Of a stretch of 64,000 nt of DNA, positions 37,223-49,500 are shown piece by piece. Every line of letters begins with the position of its first letter. Position 1 is the stretch's first letter. The notes beneath the pieces are model-generated. The model did not search any database. It had not been told where the DNA came from and saw only the letters and a list, made by a program, of their open reading frames with translations. Where the stretch lies: NCBI GenBank assembly GCA_027604505.1, contig JADIIX010000068.1:1-64000 (forward strand), given 5' to 3'. The translations under genes and the position numbers were made by a program. The stretch comes from Gonapodya sp. JEL0774 (Eukaryota).

Positions 37223-38536
37223 ATGCTGCACGTTTCGTCGTCGTCTGCCGACTCTCCGCGACAAAGGGGCGCCATTTTCACCTTGCCGGACGAAGTCCTT
37301 AGAAGCATCGTTCTTTTCGCCCCGCCTCGTGAAGTGTTCTCGAGCAACTTTCTTGGGGCCTCGCGTCGCCTCCGCGCCCTCTTCGCCCCTTCTGTCCTCG
37401 CTTCTCGCGGTCAACCTCTGATCCTTGTCAGCGTAGACGTGGTATCGTACTCTGCGGTTTTCACACCTGTAACATTCCGGTGGCTGGATGTGTTTGAGTC
37501 CACCTGGATCCCCGATCGCGGACTTTGCTATGCATCCAGAATTGTTTCTATAAGTGAAAACCAGTGGCTGAGCTTGGATGGTATTAAAAAAACAATTGGC
37601 GAGCGTTTCGAAGATCGGATACTAGGATTTTCTGAGATCAAAACTCACGACATAATGTTGGTAGACATGCCGGGCTGGGAGCGAATTGGGGAACTGCTCA
37701 GAAGTGGCGTCGATGCACTCTGCCCACCACCGTCCTGGACAACTAGTGTTCCTCTCTTGGAGCAATTTTTAAGTAGTCCGGGCGCGGTCAGTTGGCCAGA
37801 GCTCCAGAAGCTCACCGTGTCTCTCGATACGGACCAAGGGAACCTCAAAAGCCTGCTGAGGAGCACCAGAGTAACACATCAGCTTCAGAGTTTGCACACT
37901 CTTTCTTTGACTACCTATGCTAATGATGAACCAACTCTCGTTTCCCGACTTGAATCTTCGTTCGGGGAATTAGCTGTAGTGCTAGTTCACCGTGGTGCCG
38001 ACGTGAAAACCCTCCATGTCCACACGTCCCCTGGTTGGGACTTCACCCGCCAGACAATCCACCTCCTCATCGCAAAGCACTTTACAACGGTCACCCGCCT
38101 CGAATTGGATCCCTACTTCTTCTCCGCAGCAGATGATGCTTCTTGGTACCCGCCATCGGACCAGGCGTGCTCTCTCATGTCGGTCCGCAGCCTTCGGATC
38201 GAGGGAGCTTACCCGCACGCCATGAATCGATCAAGACTGGTGGAAGAGTTGCCCCGTATGGGACTCAGAGTGGCGGCTTTTTTACCGTCCCTTGAAGTTC
38301 TGGAATGCCACGGAGCAGACGCTGGGATTGCGGGTGTGAAGCGGTATGGTGTGGAGGCCGAGAATGCTTGGGCTTCATTCTTCATCGGGTGCGGTGCCCC
38401 GTCTGTGGTGGTTGCAGGGCGGGTTTGGTCGGCAGGTAAGGATGGGCAAGACTTTAAGGCATTTTTGAGGACTGTAATGACGGTATGTGCGGCAAGTGGG
38501 GTCAAAGTTCTCAGGAAGGTCTGGGTCCCCGCTTAA
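37223..38536 (+). CDS. F-box protein, intronless
   Basis: 437-aa ORF with IFTLPDEVLRSIVLF...ASRRLRAL and LRR-like segments (LQSLHTLSL, VRSLRI, LPSLEVL). Confidence 0.7.
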   Translation: MLHVSSSSADSPRQRGAIFTLPDEVLRSIVLFAPPREVFSSNFLGASRRLRALFAPSVLASRGQPLILVSVDVVSYSAVFTPVTFRWLDVFESTWIPDRGLCYASRIVSISENQWLSLDGIKKTIGERFEDRILGFSEIKTHDIMLVDMPGWERIGELLRSGVDALCPPPSWTTSVPLLEQFLSSPGAVSWPELQKLTVSLDTDQGNLKSLLRSTRVTHQLQSLHTLSLTTYANDEPTLVSRLESSFGELAVVLVHRGADVKTLHVHTSPGWDFTRQTIHLLIAKHFTTVTRLELDPYFFSAADDASWYPPSDQACSLMSVRSLRIEGAYPHAMNRSRLVEELPRMGLRVAAFLPSLEVLECHGADAGIAGVKRYGVEAENAWASFFIGCGAPSVVVAGRVWSAGKDGQDFKAFLRTVMTVCAASGVKVLRKVWVPA

Positions 38537-38670
38537 CCACAAGCGCTGAAGCGTGTAGCTTGCTGGGATCTTCTCGCTGACGCTATGGATTCCGCTTCCA
38601 CAGGAAGTATGGGGTCGACGATAAGTTATGGATTAACATAATATACATATATTACATCAATAGATTGCGT

Positions 38671-41600
38671 TCACATTTTCATGAGCATTACCGGCCTGTG
38701 AGAAAGAGATGGATCAAATGGATTTTGCATCCCCAGCGACACAGTTAAAAACCCACCAAAAATTCGTTCCAAGAATCCGTGCTTCTCCCCTTCTCTGTGA
38801 CCGCCTTCCTCACCATCACTCCTCAGACGTGACCGGTCGTTCGTCGCCACTGCCACACGTTGCCGCCTTCCCGGGAGTCCACGCAACCGCCGTCCATTCG
38901 CAGGGCAACCGTTCGCTCCAAGAAGATGTTCTCGCCAACTGTCATCTGTGTCACCGGGAGTGACATCACCGTGGCAGAGGGGGCAACGCGACGCAGGTGG
39001 TCGAGGCGACGCTGTTGAATTGTGCCATTACTTCGAAAATGAGCAAGGAAACTCCAAAGATGGAAGTGGTCATGAACAGTGCTCACGTTTACAACGCTTG
39101 GCGGCAACGTGCGATTTGAATTCCGAATTCGAGATAGGCTCTTTGCATCTAGGGCACTCCTTCAGCTCCCCTGGTTGCACCGCGGAGCACTCCTGGAGCA
39201 AATGCTGTGAGAGAGTGGGCACCTCGACGATCTGCTCAAGAAGCAAATCGATCAGAACACCGATTTCTATGAACGCTAGTTTCGAACTTGAGCCCGAACC
39301 TGCTTGCATCGGGAGCAGTTCGTCAGCATCGGGCAATCCTTCCAATAATGAAGGTCCAAAGTCTCTTCATTGAAGTCATCACTCTGCTCTAGGCAGAAAA
39401 CACAGGCTCTGTATCCAATAGCCAATAGACAGATGATTCAAAGGATTCAAGGAAGGTGGTACTATCGGGCCGGGCACACTTACTGGTCAATGTTCCAATC
39501 GCCCACATACGCGTCTTCGTTCTTTGTGTAGATGCGATCTTCTTTCCGTGTTTGGGGGGACTTCCTTGACATCCGCCGCTGCCTCGACTGTCCTCGGGCT
39601 GCCTCCCCATCCGTCGCGCTCTCATTCATCTCTCTCACCGTGCTTTTCCCACCCTTTCGGGATAGTCGTGGTCCATCCTCATCTTCCGATACCACAGCAG
39701 ATTTCTTGCCAGACTGACGTTCGTCCCGCCTTCGCATCGGTGGGGACTTTGCTGATTCAAACAGTGTCTCATCCACAGCATGTTTGCCGCCTGCAATCCT
39801 ATCTCGCAATTCACGTTGCTCTTGCAGAAGAGACTGAAGCTGCTCTGTTCTACGCGCGGCGGGGTTTGGCGGCGATGAGGAATCCTTTGCTGTAACAGCC
39901 GTGTGTGTGGGATTCACAATCCTTTGAAGGACACTTCTCCCAACTAACATGGACATTAGAACGCACCTTCAGTCTTTCTGCTGATTCCCCCTGCCTCTTT
40001 TACCGTTTCTATTGCCTTGCCTCGTATCCCATCCCTCTCCATCCATCCAATAACCTTTTCCGCCGCCGCCACCTTCCCAGTCTTGCAAGCTCTCACACCA
40101 TTTGCCAGTGCTGCCACTCCCGCGTCTCTCACTTCCCCAGCCGGATGCCGCATTAAGGCAACAGCGAAATTGTACAATGCAGACATACTGATACCGTCTG
40201 TAACCCCACCATGGCCAGAACTGATATATGTACCGGCTGCTACGGCGACCCCGCCTGCGCAACGTGCCCGCCCAGCAGCAACTTTAGGGTGCGCAGGGCG
40301 ACCTTTGGCGGTAGGTACGGGTCTCGTTACAGCCGCTGTAACTTCCTTCGCTAAGCCGTGGCTCGCCATCTCTCCCAGAAGCACCTCGCATTCTCCCCCC
40401 ACCCTAGAACTTCCTCTTCCTCCCGCTGCAGCATGCTCAATCTTATCCACCAGTACAGATGCTGTGTCACGCGGAACAGCAAAAGTGGGGGAAGGAGACA
40501 GCGGGCCCCCACCAACACATTCAACAACCATTCGTAGAGCGACAACAGCGCGATGTGCAACCCTTTCCCGAGAGTCAGGCACACATGCACGAGCAACTAT
40601 AGCCACAGCGTTCAGTAGCTGCGAGTTCGTAGAGTCGCTCTCGCCGTTCATGGCACCGTCTTTACCTTTGATCCCCTTATTCACAACTGCCGTCTGGCCA
40701 CCTCGTCCTCCCACCACGGTCGCAATCCTTTCCAGGCCCCACTCCGCCACTGCCGCCGTTCGTTTCGTTAGACACGCAGCCACCACCTCTTCACCCAAGA
40801 CTTCGACGGCACTGCGTACGTCAGGCGCCACGTCTGACGGAAGTGGGTCGGGATTATCAGGAGGGCCACTATCGAAGGGACTAGAGGATGAAGCCGGTTT
40901 TACTGCACCAGCAGGAGGCCGATTAGGCGAGCCGCGAGTGGGGGAGCGTCGTGGGGATTCAGGTAAATTCAGAGTCTCTTCGACGTCATTCACACTCTCT
41001 CTTTCAAGCTCCCCCTCCTCATCCCTTCTTTTGTCTGCTCCCTTCTGTGGTCGTTTCGATTTTACTGGGGGTGGAACCATCCGTTTCGTCTTCGCCGGCG
41101 AGTCCTTTCTTGCCACCACTGGTGATGAAAGTGCCATATCGGACCCTGTTGGCGTCCATCCACTGTATCCCTCTGCGGGTCGTATGGGTCGATCGTCGGG
41201 GTCCCCATTCGGAGGCATAGATTCAAGATTGGCTGTTGACAGAGGAGGTGCCGTCCTCGGGAAAGGGAGAGACGTTGAGGGTTCAGGGAGTGGGAGTGGG
41301 AGTGGGGTGGCGGGCAAGGGGTTGTTGGCAGGTACTGGACTGGCACGGTTTGACTTCGTCGCGCCTCTTCGTCCTTCCACGACCCCTTCCTCCAGGACCT
41401 CCCCCAACCGCTCCCACAAAGCGTTGCGGAGGGTTTCCTCCTCTCGCTTGAGCTGCTCCGCTTTTGCAAAATCTTCCCTGCCAGCAGCACGAAGTTTTTC
41501 CCCTCGTACTTTGATTATTTGTCTGTTTGTTTCAGCAATATGAAGAAGCAGAGGGGCGAGAATGGCCGCGAGCGGGTAATTCTCGTCTACAAAGAGTCAG

Positions 41601-43265
41601 ACGGTAAAGCAGACGGGTGAGTGTCGAGCAGCAAGTAACAATGCCCCAACGATACACCAACCAGCCACAGCCTCAGCCTTCCGTCGGGACACCTCAGTCG
41701 CCCATTGAGCTAGAACCAAGTCCCAATCTTCGGGACCAGCCACCGCAGTTACACCAGCACCGATGCCCTCTGAGGATTCCGATGCGTAAACAGACGTGTG
41801 CTGGGACGCGTAAAGAGGGGGCGTGTTGGCCAGCTCCGTGAGTCGCGCTGTGATGTGGGGTGGGAGCCCTTGCTGCGGACATTTCAAGGGTGGATGCACA
41901 TAGAAAGATATATATTGTGAACAATGGAGGAGTAAGTGAAAGAGCGAAAAGTACGTACGGGGAGTGCAGGTACAGCTTGCACTTCCTGCGTTGGTGACGG
42001 AGAAGGAGAGTCAAATGGATCGAGAGCAGGAGGCGGGGCGGGTGGCGAGGCAAGAAAGGAGATGGAGAGCAAGGACGCCTGAAAACATATAGAGATGCAG
42101 GGTCACGGGGATGAGGGAGAGTAGAGATTGTTATGTTAGGACCTCGAGCTTGCAGAATAATGATCCCCACAACAAATTACGTCGATATGAGCTCAACAGG
42201 AGTGTGGCCTTTCCAGTGACAGAGCACTTTGGTGAACTACTACCCATCCATTTTGGTTATCGAACATGTAATGCGGCCCTTTAAGTTCCAAGCGAATCGG
42301 TATCGAGTCCTCCTTCCTCGAATACAGTAGTCCTTCGGTAAACGAATTTACTCAGTTTTTCAATCCTCAGAGACGCCTTATCCCTTGCTCTTTGTTTCAC
42401 CACCAGACATCCCACCTGTCAAACTCTTCCCACGCACCTGACCCCACAAGTTTCCACCACTGACCCAGCATCCACCCACGACAACTTTACACCACTTTGC
42501 CTTTTTGGGCGGTTCCACTCGCACGGTTTTGAGCTCACGAGCACGGAAAGAACGGGATGAGGGGTCCGCTAGGATGACGTGGCCAAGTGGCCGGAAAGTT
42601 GGCAAAGTCGTAGATGATACACTTGGAGATGTTGAGCGAGAGGTCGTAACCGGAAGTGGGGGTTTCGAAGTCGGGTTCACCAGCACCCAGTCTATTTCGC
42701 TACGTTGAGACATGCTCTGTTCCGGTGACACTGCACCATTGCCCACGGAACGCAATTGCGACGACACAGGCTGGCCGATCATACCCGCCAGTGCTGCATC
42801 ACCTGCGTCTGTCCCCTTCGAGACTCCTGTGGCCTTCCCCAACGAGTCACCGTCGTCCGCAATCCAGAATTCGATCCTGGACGGTACGATCGAGTGATGA
42901 GCAAGCACCTGGATCCTCCTCAGCAGGACAGGTTCATTGGACTCGAATCGGAACACAATGTGGACCGGGTATGCGCAGAACCTTTGTGAGCGCCATCCTT
43001 TTGAAGAGGGCGGGAGGGAGGACGCCGCAGAGGACGGCGCCGACGATGCCACAGATTCAGCAACAGTCATCATGGCGTCCGATTCGACTAGATTCGCCGG
43101 GGGGTACCCGGGCTCGTGCGGCGAGGACAAGTGAGGGACCGCTACGGCAGCGACGCGGACCAGCCGGGTTTCCGGAGAGAGCGGTGATACAGAACGCAGC
43201 CACTCTGTCACGGCTGAGCCTCCTGTGCTGGTGTCGCGGTCGCTCTCGTGCGCGGTCGCCATCAT
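38671..43265 (-). CDS. CEP104: Centrosomal/ciliary-tip protein CEP104 (FAP256), multi-exon
   Basis: N-terminal GWRSQRFCAYP..RIQVLAHHSIVPSRIEF..LGHV..RARELKTV..NLWGQV, a coiled coil (EDFAKAEQLK), a TOG-like helical region and C-terminal Zn fingers (HLLQEC..CPRC..H..C; RCPLCH..WREHL..C). Confidence 0.88.
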
Positions 43266-43757
43266 CGTGGGTGGAGCCTGTAAGGAATGTCAATCGGAGA
43301 AGGAAGAATATGGACAGGTTTTCGGGGTCGCATACCGGCAATACGTCGCCGCTCGTGATCAATTCTCCTGTTTCTATCCTGATACGCGCTTTTTCCTTGT
43401 TGGTAATCTCAAATCTTCCTCTGGAAGGGAAACTTCCCCTGTCAAGCAACCCCGTAAATCAGCGACCCGCACAAAGTGACAATTATTACGAAGCTCACGC
43501 TGCGGAGAGAGACATTATTAGAAAACTTTTGGAATTAAATCGCTAAGATTAGTCGATGTTGAAGGAACAGAAGAAAAAAGGAACGGGAATATAACATATG
43601 AATAATGAGGGAGCCCAAGAGAGCGGACTTGAGACAGATATCAGTAAATGCACGACCGGATCCATGTTCCTTCTGCGCCCTCCGGGGGGCCGCCCCCTGA
43701 ATCGTTTCTTTAGTGGTAGTGGTAAACGTGCTGTTCACTGCTTCCCAAAACAGCCGA

Positions 43758-44654
43758 TCACCATTGGTTTACAAATTCCACCTGCTCCTTTGTCTGAACA
43801 GCCCCTCTCACCCACGATCGCACCCAATCCACAACATCCCCCTCCACCCCACACCTTCTTCCCAAACACGCAGCCACCAGCCCAGTACGGCCTATACCTG
43901 CATGGCAATGAATTACTACGGTACAGCCGCGCACCAGGAACGTGTGTAACCGTGTGAGGAGGGCTGAGAAGGAACCGTAGGTGTTTGGGGGCGGAGTGTG
44001 AAAATCGAGAATGGGGAAGTAGATGTATGGGACGAGGGAGTTGCGGTATTTAGAAAGTAGGTCCACATTGGCCTGAGAGCGGCGGGGTGGGACAGAGTGG
44101 CGGTCAGTTCGGCGTCTCATTATCAGTGCAAGCTTGAAAGGTACTCGACACGGTGACGACCTACCCTCGCATTTCCTTCCCAATCTTGGACCAAGCAGAC
44201 CACAATGTCCACTCCAATCTCCTTCCACTCGTCCCACACGACATTTCCCGGATCAAATGTCCGAGAACCTGGCATGGGACTTCTATACAACTTGCCTTGG
44301 ACGCCCGGTAAGGGTATCAATGTGGTGAACCGATAGAGGCTTGGATTTGGAAATAATGGATCGGGTTCCGATGGAACAGACCAGGTGTTGAGGCAAGAGA
44401 TTGGGTTCGACGGATATTGGTGGGGAGACAAGGCATGGAGTCTGACGGGGCCAGGTTCGTAAAATGGGATGCCACCACCTTCCTCCCTTCCAGTCAGGTG
44501 TTCCATCAAGGAAATTCGTGCTACGAAAACGTTGGAACTAACCTCGCTGCCGCTCATCGACTTGCACAAACTTGTATTCCAGTCTCGCGACACTAGTCAC
44601 ACCCATCCTCTCTGAAACTCTCTCCCCAAGCTCAGCTTCTGGCACCTTTTCCAT
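43758..44654 (-). CDS. Cys-based protein tyrosine/dual-specificity phosphatase (CDKN3-like)
   Basis: Motifs LYRSPMP, FPILDF, the signature VIHCHAGIGRTG and AVQTKEQ. The 5' exon structure is uncertain. Confidence 0.85.
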
Positions 44655-45285
44655 CCCCACCGAGAACTTACAGGTCCATGTGTCGGGATGTGTGTAGCTG
44701 AGAATTCTCGTGAGGTAAAGTGCAATCAATCTCAACTTCATCACACAAGAGCGCACCTCATTTTCATTGCATCGGATAGGTTCCAGTCACCAAGGGGAGG
44801 AACATTTCCCACACACTATTTGTTGAATGGATTCAGGTGATCGAAGCATCTTGATCCTCTCGCCCCCCTTACGCCAAAAGAACAACACACACGAGCAAAT
44901 TCTCGCCCCACTCCGTCTTCTTTACACACGACAAATGAAATTCCACGAAAGGCGTCATTTCTCTCAAGCTCGGGTTGGTCCTCTATAGAGTTAATAACCG
45001 TGCTTGCTGACTGGACTGCTTAGGTCTTGTCCCAGACTCGCAAAAATGTTTCTGCTGTTTGAGTCCCCCACATGATCGCTGAGGACTGCCCACTGAACCG
45101 TGCCGGTCGGAAGTTTGAGCACTATTGTAACATACACTCAATCCAGGGAAGGAGAGGGCGGGGGAAGAACAAACCCAACTGTTGAGCAAACAATTATATT
45201 CTTATTATCATTATTGTCAGATGATATGATAGTCTTTAGACGTGCAAATTTATAAAGTGTTTGATTCGAAATTGTTCTTTCATCT

Positions 45286-47045
45286 TTAATTCGGCAATTG
45301 AAAACGGTGCAGACTGCTTTGCGATGAGGAATCCGTCTTCCGGCGTTTCAGAAAGATCGGGGCTGTGTTTTCCAGGTAAGAATGAGGCCGTTTCTTGTGG
45401 TTTACTCTCCATCTAGCCTTCTCAACAGATTTGAGCAACGACGGGGGAATCGGTTTGCATAGGGAAGCTGCACTTCTGACAAAAGCGTCGAGTGCACACT
45501 CCTTTGCCGATTCGGTGAGTCTCGCAAGAGTGTCAGCGTCGGGAGTTAAGGACACATTTGTTTTATCTGTGCAGAGCGTAGGCACGTGAGTCTTCATTCA
45601 ATGGTGGCGCACATGATCGTCTCACCTCTCACTACTCCTTCCTTTGCCCTTTCCTTCCACTTTTTCAGATCCCTTGCTTTGTTTGACCTCCATCGATTGA
45701 CAGTATGTACTTGAAATTTCTGCAACCCAATCATGTTGAAAAACTTCGTCTCAATTTTGTCTCGTAGAGTCTTCACTACAGTTTCAAGTGGAGGGTTGTT
45801 GGACAACACATGCTAATGAGGAAACGCAACGTGATTTAGAATGGGTTCCGGAAACCTAGTCGTACATCTAAATCGGATTCCTCACTGTGTAACAGAGTCC
45901 CGAAGGAAGTTTAGGCATCCTGATCGGTTCCAATCCCAAAATCCCCTTTGAATGTCCGTACTTCAAGACCCAATGGGGGACGTCCGGAACACCTTGGGCC
46001 TTCTCCCCAAAAGGAAGTTCCAGCTCCCTCAGATGTTCACAGAGACGTTCCATACGTATACGCATTTCTGCCTGTAGCCGTTCCAGGTACTCGACGATGT
46101 GCTGTGTCGCCGCAGGGGGGCCATAGAAGGGGGAGGAGCTGTTCAAATCCCACGCCGAGTCCACAATAGGAACTTCGTCCTTCCACGCGAATTCTTCCAG
46201 AATATCCAGATGCGCGTCCGCATCAAGGTGCATTGATTTCGCTATCCTGCGTAACGATTCACGCCGAAGAAGATGTTGCCTGGCAGCCTTCACATTGTTC
46301 GCGGAATGGTACTTCATAATGGCGAGACGGCGCACTTGCACTCGAAAGTAACACTTTTGGTCGCCGACATACACGGGCCGGATCGAACGGGTGATCTCGT
46401 GGTCTTTGAGCGCGGACATACGGCGTGCTTGCTTAATGGTTATCAATGAGAGCTGGGATTTTACTGAGGGGAGTGTTGTGGCAATACAACAAGGTAGAGG
46501 TTCACATGAGCACTTTAACTTGGGCATAGCTTAGTTCGCATGCATTACTCACAGCAGCACCGGTGACACAGCTGAAAATATTGCGGGAATCCCAAATCAG
46601 CGTTCGTAGGTCTCCATCCAGCCAATCCGCAAAGCAAACAGATTTCTCGATTCGTAAGTCTGTCCAGGACGCTGTTGTAACCCCTCAATCTTATAAGGTA
46701 CTTGGTGACCGTAACAGGCAATCGTGCAGATCTCGCCAAATCCATCGCCTCTCGGAGTCTCGGTGAACTCTGAACCACGCTTCGCATCGTGCGGCACGTT
46801 CTTCCAAACGTGAGCGCGTGGGTAGGATCGTCCAAATAACCCGACACAAGACGGAGTAGGAGTTCTGGGGGTAAAGTTTGCAATGTCGGACGGGGACGCG
46901 AAGCGACCGGTGTGGAAGTGCGACGTGAAGGGACCAACGTCGGAGCGGGAGGTGGAGTGACCAAGGACACATTGAGACCGCTCCCAGCGTTTTGTGGCGC
47001 TACTGAGTCTACATCCATCACATCTACATCGATGATATCGCCCAT
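45286..47045 (-). CDS. F-box protein with Cys4 Zn-finger/XPA-like segment, multi-exon
   Basis: F-box LQTLPPELLLRLV...TCRTMR, then CLLC..CHRC, then LITIKQARRMSALKDHEI...YFRVQVRRLAIMKYH. Confidence 0.65.
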
Positions 47046-47592
47046 CCTACGGGGATCGTGGGTGGAGGTCGGTGCTGTGTCTTGGTCTGTGGTATGTCGG
47101 GTCGGGTACCCCCTTCCCCGCCGTTCTCAAATTCAAGAATGCGTTTAGGGGCTTGTAGTTAACGATATTTGGAAAGCGATTGTTTCGAGATGCCGAGAGA
47201 GTCCCGCGGCTGGTCGGTGCACCCTCCGAGTAATGGCAATAGGGAACTTTAACACGGAGCTGTTGCGTGGTATGTAGTGGAGTGAGTCCGATGCTTTTCT
47301 CCAAGACAGAAACAGAAAAGCGAAATGGTGAGCGGAGCTCTCGTACTGAATCAGCGAGGAAGGTCGAGATTGTGAGACTCGGAGGTGTTGCCAAGAATTA
47401 AGGTATCGAAAGTCACTTGCCCCTCGTCAGGTGCGGAGTGCTTAGTTCACAAATTTGACCGGGGAAACATTCTTCGTACAAAGCACAAAGCTAATTGTCC
47501 CAACTACCATTGCGTGAAAGATGCAAATATATATTGAGAAGGCATGCAATATACTGTCGCGACTAATTTTGTTCCACCACCATCCACCGACA

Positions 47593-49241
47593 CTACCTCT
47601 TCTTCACATCACTGCCCTTACCCCCCTTCCCCACCCCACCTGCACCACCAGCTCCCTTCCTCCTCACCCTCTCTTTCTCTATCCACTCAGCCTGGTCCAT
47701 ACGTGCGAGCTGTGAACACGCTCCAGCGAGTTGTAGGAGGTTGAGTATCTGTTTCAGGATACAGATGGGGAGAGAGGTGTAGAAGATGATGGAGGCGACG
47801 GTGGAGACTTGCAACCGGGGCGGTTGCGGGAAGTGGTAGAGCGGTAGAGGGATATTAGCCCGATCCACGATAAAACCTTTTGTGACCAGGAAGTCCTTCT
47901 CTGTTTCCTGCCGTCCTCAAATGGCACACTTTCCTGGTCTCCACTTTCCACACTAGCAATCACCTCCGCCCGCTTCCTTCCCAAGGTAAAGCGACGGACT
48001 CAATCGGAGTGCGCACTCTACCCTCCAGGTCACCGAACAAACACTCACTCCACTCCACCTTCTCATATCTCAGCATGTACAGCACAACGAAGCATGCCTC
48101 ATTCCCGAAGCAAATCCAGAACAGCACAGCGCGCGAGGAATAGTACAGGCGGAGGAGGGGGTTCGCTGTGGAAGGAAGAGCTTTGTGGGAAGCAGAGCCT
48201 TGAGACATGGTGCTGGGAAGAGGGAAAAGCGTGAGGAGCGAGGCGAGAATGAGGATCGAGTGGGTGGAGTTTTAGAGTTTCGTGCAGCAGAGTGATCCCA
48301 TCATCCCCCGATCCAGGTTCACGTCTCATAAACTAAAATCACACCCCAAGACCTATAATGACCAAATTCATTTGGTGGTTCGTAAACGCAGCTTCGAGAT
48401 AAGACAGTCGCAAGCACTATTTGTCTAGCCATATTGCACCTCACGAGCACGGTCCGCAACTTGCCCCACCGCCAACCACGAATCGTCAAGCTCACCTGTA
48501 CATATGCATGTAGTGACTGCTGATATCCAGAGATATGAGCAGCTGAAACAAGATGGCCCACTCTGGGTAGGCGCTCGCCAAATAGCAGAGGAGACAGGTA
48601 GTGGCACAACGGTCCGTTACCATGTCGAGAACGGCACCAAATTTGGTGCCTGGAAGTGGTTGAAACGGTATGAAAGTGTTTTGTATTGGGGAGGAGGTTC
48701 AGGAGCAACGTGACCAGCGGGATCAACACATCCGATCGGGATCCAGAAAGTCTACATTTAATTTCCGTGGCCGCAACGTACTTTGATCCAGAGCTCGCGC
48801 AGCAAGTCCATCAACGGCGTCCAGGAGACACGATGTGGTATAGAGTGTCGTGGCATAATGTGGGTGCCAAGGCATAAAGTAGAGGGACACGATTGCCAGG
48901 ATGACTCGGATGTAGCCTGGATGAGGCGGCAGGTGTACGAGCCAGGGCCAACGTGTGTCGAGAATCGACAGATATTTGATGGGAATTGAAATACAGCGCC
49001 CATCATGGCAGGGGAACACATGGAGGAGAACCCCCCCGCGTGGTTTTGTCAGCACACAGCAACCGGTCGATCCCATCAGACTAGCCCACCATGGAGCAAA
49101 ACGAGACGCACCGATAAGATTGGGCAGCCAGAGATAGATGTTGGGCGGCGCAATCGCGTCCTCGTATGCTGTCGACGTCCCGTCCAAGAGAGGTTTCGTT
49201 TCGTTCGAGTCTGACGCCGGGGAGCGTGATCGCGTGGACAT
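47593..49241 (-). CDS. PIS1: Phosphatidylinositol synthase (CDP-alcohol phosphatidyltransferase)
   Basis: Motifs NIYLWLPNLIG|YIRV, LLDAVDGLAARALDQ, KFGAVLDMVTDR, LDISSHYMHMY, SHK..LLRLYY and GNEA. Confidence 0.95.
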
Positions 49242-49500
49242 TTGAGTGGGACGGATGAAAAAGCGGTAATGCGAGTGGAGTGTAGGGAAGGGGACGTGCG
49301 GACCCAGTCACCCAAAGTTGGTGAGGGAACCCGACCGCCTAGTGTCCACAGCAATTCGCAGATCACAGGGCATATTTACTGGGCGATGGGCAGACTCTCG
49401 GCAGACACTCTTTTTGCTAATTTACCACGCTCGTGTGATTGATCTTTCTCGTCTAACGTTACATATGTAAACTGATTCCCGAGAACGACCTATACTAAAC

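Noticed and set aside
40017..41543. 508-aa + strand ORF
   Set aside because: It is an antisense shadow of the GC-rich CEP104 exon and has no recognisable motifs.
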